Shown: positions 23,815 to 33,719 of the stretch, piece after piece
How positions within the stretch are numbered: position 1 is the first letter of the stretch
How the letters are laid out: every line of letters begins with the position of its first letter
Origin: an uncultured Methylomirabilota bacterium
GTDB lineage: Bacteria; Methylomirabilota; Methylomirabilia; Methylomirabilales; 2-02-FULL-66-22
Length of the DNA stretch: 64,000 nucleotides
Assembly: GCA_963845565.1 (NCBI GenBank)
Contig: CAWJSJ010000002.1
Coordinates: 1,376,001 to 1,440,000 of the forward strand
Reading direction: 5' to 3'
Notes under the pieces: model-generated
What the model was told of the DNA's origin: nothing
What the model saw: only the letters and a program-made list of their open reading frames with translations
Database searches by the model: none
Made by a program: the position numbers and the translations under genes

Positions 23815-24245
23815 TCCTCCAGATCGTCCTCGTCTTCCACTTCCTGCATGAGGTCGAGGAAGTCCTCGTACCAGTCGGTGCGTTGCTGGAGGATGAACGC
23901 CACACCGTCCTTGATCCAGCCCATGCGGATCTCGCCGATCAGGCCGAGGTAGCGCTCGAAGGTCTTCAGCCGGGCGCGATCGCCATTGCTGGGGCCGGGC
24001 CCCTCCTTCTCGTCCACCCATTCGGCCAGTTCCTGAAGATCCTCCGCCTCCAGCGTTGCGCGGCCGACGAAGAGCGTGCGCACGCCCTCGGCTTTTGCGA
24101 TGCCGAGGAAATCCGGCCACTGGTCGGGGTTGCTCTGCCACCAGACGGTGGGCAAGTCCTCGGCCACGTACCCCGGATAAACCAGCAGGCCCTGCCGCCC
24201 TACAGCGGCCACGATCTCGCTCAACCGATCCGACAAGTCCGTCAT
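23811..24245 (-). CDS. Hypothetical acidic protein
   Basis: 144 aa ORF with host-like codon usage, SD-like GGGTG upstream, acidic C-terminus; between nuclease gene and thyX. Confidence 0.7.
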   Translation of the reverse strand: MTDLSDRLSEIVAAVGRQGLLVYPGYVAEDLPTVWWQSNPDQWPDFLGIAKAEGVRTLFVGRATLEAEDLQELAEWVDEKEGPGPSNGDRARLKTFERYLGLIGEIRMGWIKDGVAFILQQRTDWYEDFLDLMQEVEDEDDLED

Positions 24246-24299
24246 GGTCTTCACCCGCTCCCATGTCTCGAAAAGGGGCGACCCGCCACCGGGCACGCC

Positions 24300-24842
24300 T
24301 CACGCCCCCCACGCGACAAAGACCGTCCGGTCCTTGCCCTGGGAGGGAACCTTGACAAAACCCTCACGGCGCCCGTGCGCCACCACCTCTCGCAGGATTT
24401 CCACGTCCATACGGCAGTAATCCACCACGCGTTGCCGCAGGGCGGGATCCCCCGATCGCCACCACGTCACCGCCTCGGGGCCCGAACCGGTCTTCTGCTT
24501 CCCCAGGGTGACCTGGGCCACGTCCTGGAGTTTGGGGCGGAATCCCAGCCGGCGCTCCAGGTCCTTGAGCACGTCCAGGCTCTTGGCGCGCAGCGGGGCG
24601 ACCTCGCCGTACGCCGCCAGGACTTCCAGGTCGAACCGGATCCCGTTGTAGGTGATGACCCGGTCGAAGCCGGCGAGTTCCGCGATCAGCCGGGGAACGT
24701 CGGCCTCGTACCAGTCCCGGAATCCGGCCGGCTCGTCCCAGGTCACCGCCACGGAGACGCCGAAGGCCCGAATGTTGTTCCAGCCCCCCGGCACCTCGCT
24801 GGAGAGTCGCTGCGTCTCGACATCCAGATAGATCTCGGTCAC
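24300..24842 (-). CDS. RNase H-like (DEDDy, YprB/RNase_H_2) exonuclease-domain protein
   Basis: YLDVETQ, TYNGIRFDL, YCRMDV motifs. Confidence 0.8.
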   Translation of the reverse strand: MTEIYLDVETQRLSSEVPGGWNNIRAFGVSVAVTWDEPAGFRDWYEADVPRLIAELAGFDRVITYNGIRFDLEVLAAYGEVAPLRAKSLDVLKDLERRLGFRPKLQDVAQVTLGKQKTGSGPEAVTWWRSGDPALRQRVVDYCRMDVEILREVVAHGRREGFVKVPSQGKDRTVFVAWGA

Positions 24843-25285
24843 AAGACCCTCCGCGCCACACGACCCATGCTAGTACGGCCGTGCGCAGAAGGGCAAGGGA
24901 GAAGTGAGTAGGAAGAACCGAGAGCCGGGCGGAGCGAGCCGCGAGCCTCGACAACGCCTGGTCAAATGGCCACTGGGTCCAGTCGTCCACTCGTCGGCTC
25001 TTGGCGAAGACAAAGGCCGACGGGCCGACCCGACGGTTCGAGGGCTCAAGGGGATCAACGGGCCGAGCCGGACCACTCAACCGCTCGCATCATTGCATGA
25101 GAAGACGGCGCCCGGATGGAGGCGTCGCCGGTTGGCGGGGATGGGACCGGTCGCGGCCGCAATCGTCGCGGTTCCAGACATTTCGCGGATAAGCCTTTCC
25201 TTATTGGGTGACCGTTGTTACCCTTCACCCGAGAGAGAGCGAGATTCTGCCCCAGTGGCTTTAGGATTCACGGAAATAGGGTCGC

Positions 25286-25690
25286 ATGATCTTCTCGCGC
25301 CTGAAAACGGAACACGACGTGATCGCCGTGATCAAAGAGATCAGCGGCGTGGACGTGCGGGCCTGCTATCAGTGCGGAAAGTGCACGGCCGGGTGTCCGC
25401 TGGCGTCGACCATGGATCTGATGCCGAATCAGATCCTGCGGCTGATCCAGGTGGGCGAACACGAACAAGCCCTGAGATCGCACACGATCTGGCAGTGCGC
25501 CTCCTGCCTCACCTGCGCCGCGCGATGCCCCAAGGAGGTGGATCCGGCGCGCGTCATGGACGCGCTCCGCACCCTGCTGATGCGGCAGGGCACGGTGCGC
25601 GTGGAGATTGCCAGCATTCCAGCCGACGTCTTGGCGGCAGCGCCCCAGCAAGCGCTCATCGGTGGGTTTCGGAAGTTCGTCGGGTATTGA
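25286..25690 (+). CDS. hdrC: Heterodisulfide reductase subunit C-like
   Basis: CYQCGKCTAGCP and IWQCASCLTCAARCP. Confidence 0.88.
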   Translation: MIFSRLKTEHDVIAVIKEISGVDVRACYQCGKCTAGCPLASTMDLMPNQILRLIQVGEHEQALRSHTIWQCASCLTCAARCPKEVDPARVMDALRTLLMRQGTVRVEIASIPADVLAAAPQQALIGGFRKFVGY

Positions 25691-25791
25691 GCGAGTTCAC
25701 ACGCTGATCCGCCCGCCCCCGACCGGGTCGGACTGGTCACGGTGCTCGACGGTTCAAAAATCCTGCGCATGAGACTCGGGGAGGGGGCTCA

Positions 25792-26685
25792 GTGCGTATT
25801 CCCTATTTTCCTGGCTGTACCCTGCACAGTAAAGCGCAGAGCTTCGACGCCTCGGCCCGCGCCGCTGCCCAGGCGCTCGACATCGTCATGGAGGAGTTGC
25901 CGGAGTGGACGTGCTGCGGCGCGACCTTCTCCATGTCGGCGGACAGCGCGATGGGGCTGGTGGCCCCCACCCGGATCCTGGCATCCGCCAAAGAGGCCGG
26001 AAAGCTCCTCACCCTCTGCAGCTTCTGCTACAACACGCTCAAGCGAACCAATCGCGTCATCGCCACCGACGCCGAACGGCGCCGCAAGGTGACGGCGTAT
26101 CTTGAAGAGGACTACCAAGGAACCGTTCAGACGGTCCACCTACTGGAAGTGCTGCGAGACGAGATCGGTTTCGCGGCTCTGGCCACTCGGGTGATCAAAC
26201 CGCTCCGCGGCCTCAAGGTCGCGCCGTACTATGGCTGCCTCCTTCTCCGGCCGGCCGACGAGATGGGATTCGACGATCCCGAGCGACCCACGATTCTCGA
26301 AGGGCTCCTTTCGAGTCTGGGTTGCGACGTGGTGGACTATCCCCACAAGACGGAGTGTTGCGGCTCGTTCGTGGCGGTCGGATCGCCCGACGCGGCCCGG
26401 GAGTGCTCGGCGCGGATCCTGGAGGTTGCGGCCAGGTGCGGCGCCGAGATGCTGGTGGTGAGCTGTCCGCTCTGTCAGTACAACCTCGACCAAGCGCAGC
26501 GCGTGGTGCAGACTGGCTCCGCCCGCCAGACCCGGGTGCCCGTGCTGTATTTCTCGCAATTGCTGGCCATCGCGCTCGGGTGCGATGAGGCCTGCCTGCA
26601 TCTTGACGGACACGCGATGGACCCGCGTCCCCGTTTGGCGGAATGGCTGACGCAGACGAGCCAGGCGACGGCGCTGGCCTCGTAG
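25792..26685 (+). CDS. hdrB: Heterodisulfide reductase subunit B-like
   Basis: Two CCG domains: YFPGC...WTCCG...CSFC and YYGC...TECCG...SCPLC. Confidence 0.9.
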   Translation: MRIPYFPGCTLHSKAQSFDASARAAAQALDIVMEELPEWTCCGATFSMSADSAMGLVAPTRILASAKEAGKLLTLCSFCYNTLKRTNRVIATDAERRRKVTAYLEEDYQGTVQTVHLLEVLRDEIGFAALATRVIKPLRGLKVAPYYGCLLLRPADEMGFDDPERPTILEGLLSSLGCDVVDYPHKTECCGSFVAVGSPDAARECSARILEVAARCGAEMLVVSCPLCQYNLDQAQRVVQTGSARQTRVPVLYFSQLLAIALGCDEACLHLDGHAMDPRPRLAEWLTQTSQATALAS

Positions 26686-26699
26686 AGGAGTCCGGACCG

Positions 26700-27392
26700 A
26701 TGGCTGCCGAACCCGCGATGGTGCGATTCTTCTTGATGGGCAAACCGCACGATGTGCCCAGGGGCCTGACCATCCAGAAGGCCATGGAGTATGCCGGATT
26801 CCGGCAACTTCGGGGGTGCGGGTGCCGGGGCGGCTATTGTGGCGCCTGCGGCACGGTCTACCGTACGGCCAACGACTACCGACTGAAGGTCGGATTGGCC
26901 TGCCAGACGGTCGTCGAGGATCAGATGTATCTGGCCCTGATCCCGTTCTTTCCGGCCGTCAAGGCCACCTATCGGGTGGAGGACCTCCCGCCTACGGCGG
27001 AAACTCTCATCGGGCTGTATCCCGAGATCCTCCGCTGCCTCGGCTGCAATACCTGCCGGAAGGTCTGCCCCCAGCAGCTCGAGGTCATGCGGTACATCGC
27101 CGCGGCGCAGCGCGGCGACATCGCCAAGGTGGCCGATCTGTCGTTCGACTGTCTGATGTGCGGGTTGTGCGCCAGCCGATGTCCGGCCGAGATCGTCCAG
27201 TACAACGTGGCCGTCCTGGCCCGGCGGCTCTACGCGCGTCACATCGCGCCCTCGGCGGCCCACCTGGCGGCAAGAGTCCAGGAGATCGAGCAGGGGGAGT
27301 GCGAGGCCGACCTTGACCAGATCGTGGCGGCCGGCGAGGTGGAGTGGCGCAAGATGTACGCCGCCCGCGAGATCGAACCCGAGGAACTCTAG
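26700..27392 (+). CDS. SdhB/FrdB/TfrB-like iron-sulfur subunit (2Fe-2S + 2x4Fe-4S)
   Basis: CRGGYCGAC...LACQ, CLGCNTCRKVCP, CLMCGLCASRCP. Confidence 0.8.
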   Translation: MAAEPAMVRFFLMGKPHDVPRGLTIQKAMEYAGFRQLRGCGCRGGYCGACGTVYRTANDYRLKVGLACQTVVEDQMYLALIPFFPAVKATYRVEDLPPTAETLIGLYPEILRCLGCNTCRKVCPQQLEVMRYIAAAQRGDIAKVADLSFDCLMCGLCASRCPAEIVQYNVAVLARRLYARHIAPSAAHLAARVQEIEQGECEADLDQIVAAGEVEWRKMYAAREIEPEEL

Positions 27393-27455
27393 CAAGGTGA
27401 TGAAGGACTCGTCTTTACTCAGGCTGCTCAGCAGCCTGATGGGGGAGGATCTCTC

Positions 27456-29093
27456 GTGCTCTACGAACCCCATATGCTGGAGTCGATCAAGCGTGTCGAG
27501 GCGACCAGGAGCGAGCGCCTGGGTCAGCAGTTTTCTCGCCTCACCGCCGACGAGAAGGCCGCCCTCCTGAAAGGGTACCATCCCGACTATAAGGCGGGAA
27601 CCATGCGGGAGCTTGCCGTCGGCCCGAACGCCGGCGATCGGGTTCCGCACGAGTTGGCGGATCTGCTCGAAGGGCGCGGCCGGATCGACCCCGATGCCGT
27701 GGATCTCGGTCACGCGGACCACGACGTGGACATCCTGGTCATCGGCGGCGGCGGGGCGGGCACCTCGGCCGCCATGTTGGCGCACCAGCGGGGCGCCACG
27801 GTGCTCCTGACGACCAAGCTCCGCCTGGGCGACGCCAACACCATGATGGCGCAGGGCGGGATCCAGGCGGCCGACAAGCCCAACGACTCGCCGGCCATCC
27901 ACTTCCTGGACGTGATGGGCGGCGGCGGCTTCCAGAACATTCCGGAGTTGGTGCGGGCGCTGACCCACGATGCGCCCGCCGCCATGAAGTGGCTGGAGGA
28001 CCTGGGGGCCATGTTCGACAAGGAGTCGGACGGCACCATGGTCTCGATCCACGGGGGCGGGACCTCGCGGCGCAGGATGCACTCGGCCCGGGACTACAGC
28101 GGCGCCGAGATCATGCGGACGCTGCGCGACGAGTTCCGAAACCAGAAGATTCGACACCTCGAATTCACCTCTGCCGTAGAGCTGGTTCTCGACTCCAAGG
28201 GGCAATGCGCCGGGGCGGTCCTCTATGACATGGAGACAGGGGAATACCGGCTCGTCCGGGCCAAGGCGGTGATCCTGGCGACAGGAGGCATGGGACGGCT
28301 TCACGTCCAGCAGTTCCCCTGCACCAACCATTACGGGGCTACCGCCGACGGCCTGGTGATCGCCTATCGGGCGGGCGCCCGGATGGTGTTCATGGACGCT
28401 GTCCAGTACCACCCGACGGGTGTGGCCTACCCCGAACAGATCGTCGGACAGTTGGTGACGGAAAAGGTCCGGGGGCTCGGCGCGCAACTGGTCAACCGCG
28501 AAGGGCGCCGGTTCATCTTCGACCTGGAGACCCGGGACACCGTCTCCGCAGCCATCATCCGCGAATGCCTGGAGCGAGGGAATGGCGTTCAGACGAATAC
28601 CGGCATGGTGGGCGTGTGGCTGGATTCCCCGATGATCGAAATCCTCCGAGGCCCCGGGACCATCGCCAAGGCCCTGCCGGCCATGATGCGCCAGTACCAG
28701 CGGTTCGATCTCGACATGCGCGCGCTCCCCATCCTGGTCTATCCCACGCAGCACTATCAGAACGGCGGGTTGCTGATCGATGCTCACGGGGAGACCGGAA
28801 TCCCCAACCTGTTCGCCGCGGGCGAAGTGTCGGGCGGCGTGCACGGTCGCAATCGGCTGATGGGCAATTCCCTGCTGGATATCCTGGTCTTCGGGCGCCG
28901 CGCGGGCGTGGCGGCGGCGGAGCGAGTATCGAGTGTCACGCAGGGTGACCTCAACCTGGACCATGTCCGTGCGTATCAGGCGCGACTCACGGCATCGGGG
29001 AAAGAGACCGGGCGGCCGTCGCCCATGCTCCTGCCGAACTACGTCCGGCTCGAGACCATCGAGCGGACGGCCGGGGCGGCAAGGGCCGCCTGA
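27456..29093 (+). CDS. Fumarate reductase/succinate dehydrogenase-family flavoprotein (TfrA-like)
   Basis: GGGGAG, AQGG, QYHPT, TEKVRG, TRD, HYQNGG, HGRNRLMGNSL. Confidence 0.85.
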   Translation: MLYEPHMLESIKRVEATRSERLGQQFSRLTADEKAALLKGYHPDYKAGTMRELAVGPNAGDRVPHELADLLEGRGRIDPDAVDLGHADHDVDILVIGGGGAGTSAAMLAHQRGATVLLTTKLRLGDANTMMAQGGIQAADKPNDSPAIHFLDVMGGGGFQNIPELVRALTHDAPAAMKWLEDLGAMFDKESDGTMVSIHGGGTSRRRMHSARDYSGAEIMRTLRDEFRNQKIRHLEFTSAVELVLDSKGQCAGAVLYDMETGEYRLVRAKAVILATGGMGRLHVQQFPCTNHYGATADGLVIAYRAGARMVFMDAVQYHPTGVAYPEQIVGQLVTEKVRGLGAQLVNREGRRFIFDLETRDTVSAAIIRECLERGNGVQTNTGMVGVWLDSPMIEILRGPGTIAKALPAMMRQYQRFDLDMRALPILVYPTQHYQNGGLLIDAHGETGIPNLFAAGEVSGGVHGRNRLMGNSLLDILVFGRRAGVAAAERVSSVTQGDLNLDHVRAYQARLTASGKETGRPSPMLLPNYVRLETIERTAGAARAA

Positions 29094-29172
29094 CGGAAAC
29101 CGACAGGGACAGCGACAGGCAGGACAGGACAGGGACGAGGAAGATGGGGACGACGGGGAGTTGGGGCAACGA
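29094..29172. repeat. Purine-rich low-complexity GACAG/GACG repeats between flavoprotein and hdrA
   Basis: GACAGGGACAGCGACAGGCAGGACAGGACAGGGACGAGG. Confidence 0.5.
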
Positions 29173-29227
29173 GGAGGATTTGACCGCTGTCGCTGGCGGG
29201 TATCGCTATCGGGTGCAGGGATAACAT

Positions 29228-31223
29228 ATGGCACGAACGGGCGTTTTCGTCTGTTGGTGTGGATCGAACATCGCGAAGACGGTAGATGTGGAGCGGGTGG
29301 CCGCCGAGGCAGGGACGATGCCCGGCGTCGTGCACGCGACCGACTACAAGTACATGTGCTCCGAGCCGGGCCAGAACCTGGTGCGCCAGGCGATCACGGA
29401 GCACAGTCTCGACCGGATCGTGGTCGCGTCCTGCTCGCCGCGCCTGCACGAGCCGACGTTCCGCAAGTGTGCCGCCCAGGCCGGCCTCAACCCCTTTATG
29501 GCAGAGATGGCCAACATCCGCGAGCACTGCTCCTGGGTGCACGCGGACCGGATCGAGGCCACCGGGAAGGCTATCGATCTCACCCGGATGGCGATCGCCC
29601 GCATCGCCGGAACGAGCCGCTCTCCCAGGCCCAGATTCCCATCACCAAGAAGGCCCTGGTGATCGGCGGGGGGATCGCCGGAATCCAGGCGGCGCTGGAC
29701 ATCGCCGAGGCCGGCTATCAGGTGACCCTGGTCGAGAAGACCCCCTCCATCGGCGGGCGGATGGCCCAGTACGACAAGACCTTCCCCACGCTCGACTGCG
29801 CGGCCTGCATCCTGACCCCAAAGATGGTCGACTGCGGCTCCAACCCCAATATCCGGATTCTCTCCTACTCCGAGGTCGAGGAGGTCTCGGGTTACGTCGG
29901 CAACTTCGAGGTCAAGATCCGCAGCCGCGCCCGCAGCGTGGACCCGGAGAAGTGCACCGGCTGCGGCGTCTGCTACGAGAAGTGCCCGGTCAAGGTCTCG
30001 TCCGAGTTCGACGTGGGCATGGGCATGCGAAAGGCCATCTATGTGCCGTTCCCGCAGGCCGTGCCGAACGTGCCCGTCATCGACCGGGAGCACTGCACCT
30101 ATTTCGTCAAACAGGGGCGCTGCCGGATCTGTGAGAAGTTCTGCGCGCCGGGGGCCATCCAGTTCGAAGAGCAGGATGAGATCCTCACCGACAAGTTCGG
30201 GGCTATCGTGATCGCCACGGGTTTCGACCTGTGGGACCAGGCGAAGCTGGGGGAATACGGCGGGGGCAAGTTCCCGACGTGATCTCCGGTCTCCAGTTCG
30301 AGCGACTGGTGAACGCCTCCGGGCCGACGAGCGGCAAGGTCGTGCGGCCCTCCGACCACACCGAGCCCAAGACGGTGGTCTTCGTCGCCTGCGTGGGGTC
30401 GCGGGACCCGGCCCACGGCCACTCGTACTGCTCCAAGGTCTGCTGCATGTACACCGCGAAGCAGGCCCTGCTGCTCAAGGAGAAGGTGCACGACGCCAAG
30501 GCCTACATCTTCTATATGGACATCCGCGCCAACGGGAAGGGCTACGAGGAGTTCGTGCAGCGGATGGTGGAGCGCTACGACGCCACCTACGTCCGGGGCC
30601 GCGTCTCCCGGATCTACCCGCTGGACGGCCAGGTGGTGGTGCAGGGGGCGGACACGCTCCTGGGGAAGCAGGTCGAGGTGCGGGCCGATCTGGTGGTGCT
30701 GGCGACGGCCATGGAGCCCCGCGCCGACGCCAAGGAGATGGCCCGCAAGCTGGGCATCTCCACCGATCAGGACCACTGGTTCTCCGAGGCCCACCCGAAG
30801 CTGCGCCCGATCGAGGTCCTCAGCGCCGGCATCTACCTGGCCGGGGCGTGCCAGTATCCCAAGGACATCCCGGACACGGTGGCGCAGGCCTCTGGGGCCG
30901 CCGCCAAGGTGGTGGACCTCTTCTCCAAGCCGCATCTCCTGTCCGAGCCGATGATCGCAGGCGTGGACGAAAGCAACTGTGTGGCCTGCCTCCTCTGCAA
31001 GGAGGTCTGCCCGTTCACCGCCATCGAGGCCGCCGAGGCCATGGACCCGGCGACTCGGAAGATGCGGCCGGTGGCGAAGGTCAACGAAGGCCTCTGCCAC
31101 GGCTGCGGCACCTGCGTTGCGGCCTGCCGGTCGGCCTCCATCCGGCTGCGGGGATTCAGCGACGATCAGATTCTCCTGCAGATCGAGGCGCTGGAACTGG
31201 CCCATAGCGGGGAAGGGGCGTAG
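29228..31223 (+). CDS. hdrA: Heterodisulfide reductase subunit A (frameshifts near 29612 and 30278)
   Basis: GVFVCWCGSNI, CSPRLHE, ANIREHCSW, GGGIAG, KTFPTLDC, CVGSRD, CSKVCC, PKDIP and two ferredoxin domains over three ORF pieces. Confidence 0.92.
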
Positions 31224-31226
31224 GGC

Positions 31227-31724
31227 GTGTCGAGCAAAGCGCAAGCCGTGGAGAGTCCGGTGGCGGCCCCGAAGTGGGAGCCGGTCATCGTGGCGTTCCT
31301 TTGCAACTGGTGCTCCTACGCGGGGGCAGACCTGGCCGGCTCCAGCCGGCTGAGCTACCCGGCCAACGTGCGGGTGGTGCGGGTGCCGTGCTCGGGCCGG
31401 GTCAACCCCATGTTCGTCATCCAGTGCTTCAAGCGCGGTTTCGATGGTGTGCTCATCGCCGGCTGCCACCCCGGCGACTGCCACTACGCCAAGGGAAACT
31501 TCTACGCCCGCCGCCGGATGCCCCTGGCGCAGGACTTTCTGGAATACCTGGGGGTCGAGCCGGGGCGCATCCGGTTCGACTGGGTCTCGGCCTCCGAGAG
31601 CGGCCGCTTCGCCGAGGTGGTGAGCGAGGTGACCGAGGCGGTGCGGAAGCTCGGCCCCTACACGCGGCGGACGTGGGCTCACGCGCCCGCCCTCCCGACG
31701 GAGCTCGCGCCTGTCCATGAGTAA
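31227..31724 (+). CDS. flxD: MvhD/FlxD 2Fe-2S subunit
   Basis: FLCNWCSYAGADLAG, VPCSGRV, GCHPGDCHY, WVSASE. Confidence 0.9.
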   Translation: MSSKAQAVESPVAAPKWEPVIVAFLCNWCSYAGADLAGSSRLSYPANVRVVRVPCSGRVNPMFVIQCFKRGFDGVLIAGCHPGDCHYAKGNFYARRRMPLAQDFLEYLGVEPGRIRFDWVSASESGRFAEVVSEVTEAVRKLGPYTRRTWAHAPALPTELAPVHE

Positions 31725-32685
31725 TCTCGAGGTCACCATCCGCGAGACGGCGGCCCGGCTGCTCCGAGAGGGGCAGGTCGCGGTCGTCTTGGGCTACGAG
31801 GCCGGCAGCGTGCCGTTCCGGACCGCACCCGCCTTCATCGAGCGGGCCGAAGATGCGGGGCGGCTGGTGTGGAACCGCTTCTGCACCAACAATCTCGCCG
31901 TCTACCTGCCCAAGCTCAAAGGCGCCGGCCGCATCGCCCTTTTGGCCAAGGGCTGCGACGCGCGCTCGGCGGTCACGCTGATTCAGGAGCACCAGATCCT
32001 CCGCGACCAGGTCGTGATCCTGGGCATCCCCTGCGACGGGATGGTGGATGCCGACCGGCTGGCGACGTCCGGCGAGTCGCTCTTCGGCGTTGCCATCGCC
32101 CCGGGTGCGGACGGGAGCCTGACGGTGGCCTCCGGCGACGGGCAGCGGACGCTCTCTGCCGCGGACATCCTCCAGGAGCGCTGCCGCCTCTGCGAGCACA
32201 ACACGCCCGCGATCGCCGACGGGTTACTGGGGGAGCCGGCCCCCCGCATGCCAGGCGCCGCCGAGCCGTTTGCCGCCGTGGCCGAGCTGGAGCGCCTATC
32301 GCCCGCCGAGCGGCAGGCGTTCTGGCACGCGCAGCTCGACCGCTGCCTGCGATGCTACGCCTGCCGGGAGGCCTGCCCCGCCTGCTATTGCCGGAGTTGC
32401 TTCGCGGACAAGGCGGCGCCCCGCTGGCTGTCCAAGGCGAACGCGGCGGACGAGAACTGGATGTTCCACGCCGTCCGGGCCTTCCACCTAGCCGGCCGCT
32501 GTGTGGAGTGCGGGGAGTGCGAGCGGGTCTGCCCAATGGACATCCCCATCTCCCGGCTCAACCGGATGCTGGACCGGGACGTCCGGGAGCGGTTCGGCTA
32601 TGTGGCGGGTCTCGACCCGGCCGCGGTGCCTCCCCTGGGGACGTTCCGGCCCGACGACCGCGATCCCGGGAAGCATGAGGGGTGA
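31717..32685 (+). CDS. flxC: FlxC-like 4Fe-4S protein
   Basis: KGCD, CLRCYACREACPACYC..C, HLAGRCVECGECERVCP. Confidence 0.82.
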   Translation: MSNLEVTIRETAARLLREGQVAVVLGYEAGSVPFRTAPAFIERAEDAGRLVWNRFCTNNLAVYLPKLKGAGRIALLAKGCDARSAVTLIQEHQILRDQVVILGIPCDGMVDADRLATSGESLFGVAIAPGADGSLTVASGDGQRTLSAADILQERCRLCEHNTPAIADGLLGEPAPRMPGAAEPFAAVAELERLSPAERQAFWHAQLDRCLRCYACREACPACYCRSCFADKAAPRWLSKANAADENWMFHAVRAFHLAGRCVECGECERVCPMDIPISRLNRMLDRDVRERFGYVAGLDPAAVPPLGTFRPDDRDPGKHEG

Positions 32686-33719
32686 GGCCAAGCGATATGG
32701 AAGCCGTCGTCCTCAACAAATCCGACGTGACGTCGTGGGTGCGCGGGCTGCTCGCATCCTACCGGGTGGTGGGACCGACGAGCGCGGCAGAGGGGGTCGT
32801 CCACTACACCCCCCTCGCCGAGGACGGCCCGGTGGTCCTGGACGGCCTGCGCCCGATCCGTTCCCCCAAGGAGCACTTCATCCCTGCGACCGAGACGCTG
32901 CTGGCCTTCCACGGAACGGCCAAGGCCGTCAGCCTCGAGGCGCCGCCCGCCCCGACGAGGGAGACGGTCATCCTGGGCGTCCGGTCCTGCGACGCCCGGG
33001 CCCTGACGCGCCTGGACGACGTGTTCCTGAAGCGGAAGGAGACGGACAGTCTCTACGGCAACCGGCGGAAGACGACGCGCCTGGTGGGCCTGGCGTGCGA
33101 GTCGCCAAGCTGGGGCTGTTTCTGCACCTCCGTGGGCGGATCGCCGGCGGCCAGTGAGGGGCTGGATCTGCTCTTCACCGACCTAGGGGACCGCTACCAC
33201 ATTGCCATCCTGAGCGAGGCAGGGCGCGAGCTGATCGCCGGTGCCGGCTTCGCAGCCGCCACGGACGCCGACGCCTCCGCGGCGAAGGCGCAGCATGCGG
33301 CCGCGGTCGACCGGATGCCCCCGTTCTTCGACGCCAAGGCCGTGGCGGAGAAGGTGGAGTGGGACGCCCCGGTCTGGATGCACTACGCGAAACGCTGTCT
33401 GGCTTGCGGCGCCTGCAGCTTCCTCTGCCCGACATGCCACTGCTTCGACATCCAGGACGACGCCACGGCCGACGGCGGGGTCCGCTTTCGCTGCTGGGAC
33501 ACCTGCCAGTTCGGCGATTTCACGCGCATGGGGGCCGGCCACAATCCGCGGCAGACCCAAAAGGAGCGGGTCCGGCAGCGGGTGTCGCACAAGTTCAAAT
33601 ACCTGGTGGAGGAGTTCGGCCGGCAGGGCTGCACCGGCTGCGGTCGCTGCGTGGAAGCCTGTCCGGTGAACATCGACCTCCGTCAGGTGCTCCACGACGT
33701 CGAGGGCGCCAAGCGATGA
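32682..33719 (+). CDS. flxB: FlxB-like (AsrA-type) 4Fe-4S protein
   Basis: SPKE, GVRSCD, CFC, CLACGACSFLCPTCHCF, RQRVSHKF, CTGCGRCVEACP; alternative start 32697. Confidence 0.82.
   Translation: MRPSDMEAVVLNKSDVTSWVRGLLASYRVVGPTSAAEGVVHYTPLAEDGPVVLDGLRPIRSPKEHFIPATETLLAFHGTAKAVSLEAPPAPTRETVILGVRSCDARALTRLDDVFLKRKETDSLYGNRRKTTRLVGLACESPSWGCFCTSVGGSPAASEGLDLLFTDLGDRYHIAILSEAGRELIAGAGFAAATDADASAAKAQHAAAVDRMPPFFDAKAVAEKVEWDAPVWMHYAKRCLACGACSFLCPTCHCFDIQDDATADGGVRFRCWDTCQFGDFTRMGAGHNPRQTQKERVRQRVSHKFKYLVEEFGRQGCTGCGRCVEACPVNIDLRQVLHDVEGAKR

Noticed and set aside
30270..30290. TGA ending the middle hdrA fragment as selenocysteine or programmed recoding
   Set aside because: Adding one base restores KFPDVISG; the position is not a Cys site, and FlxD uses ordinary Cys codons
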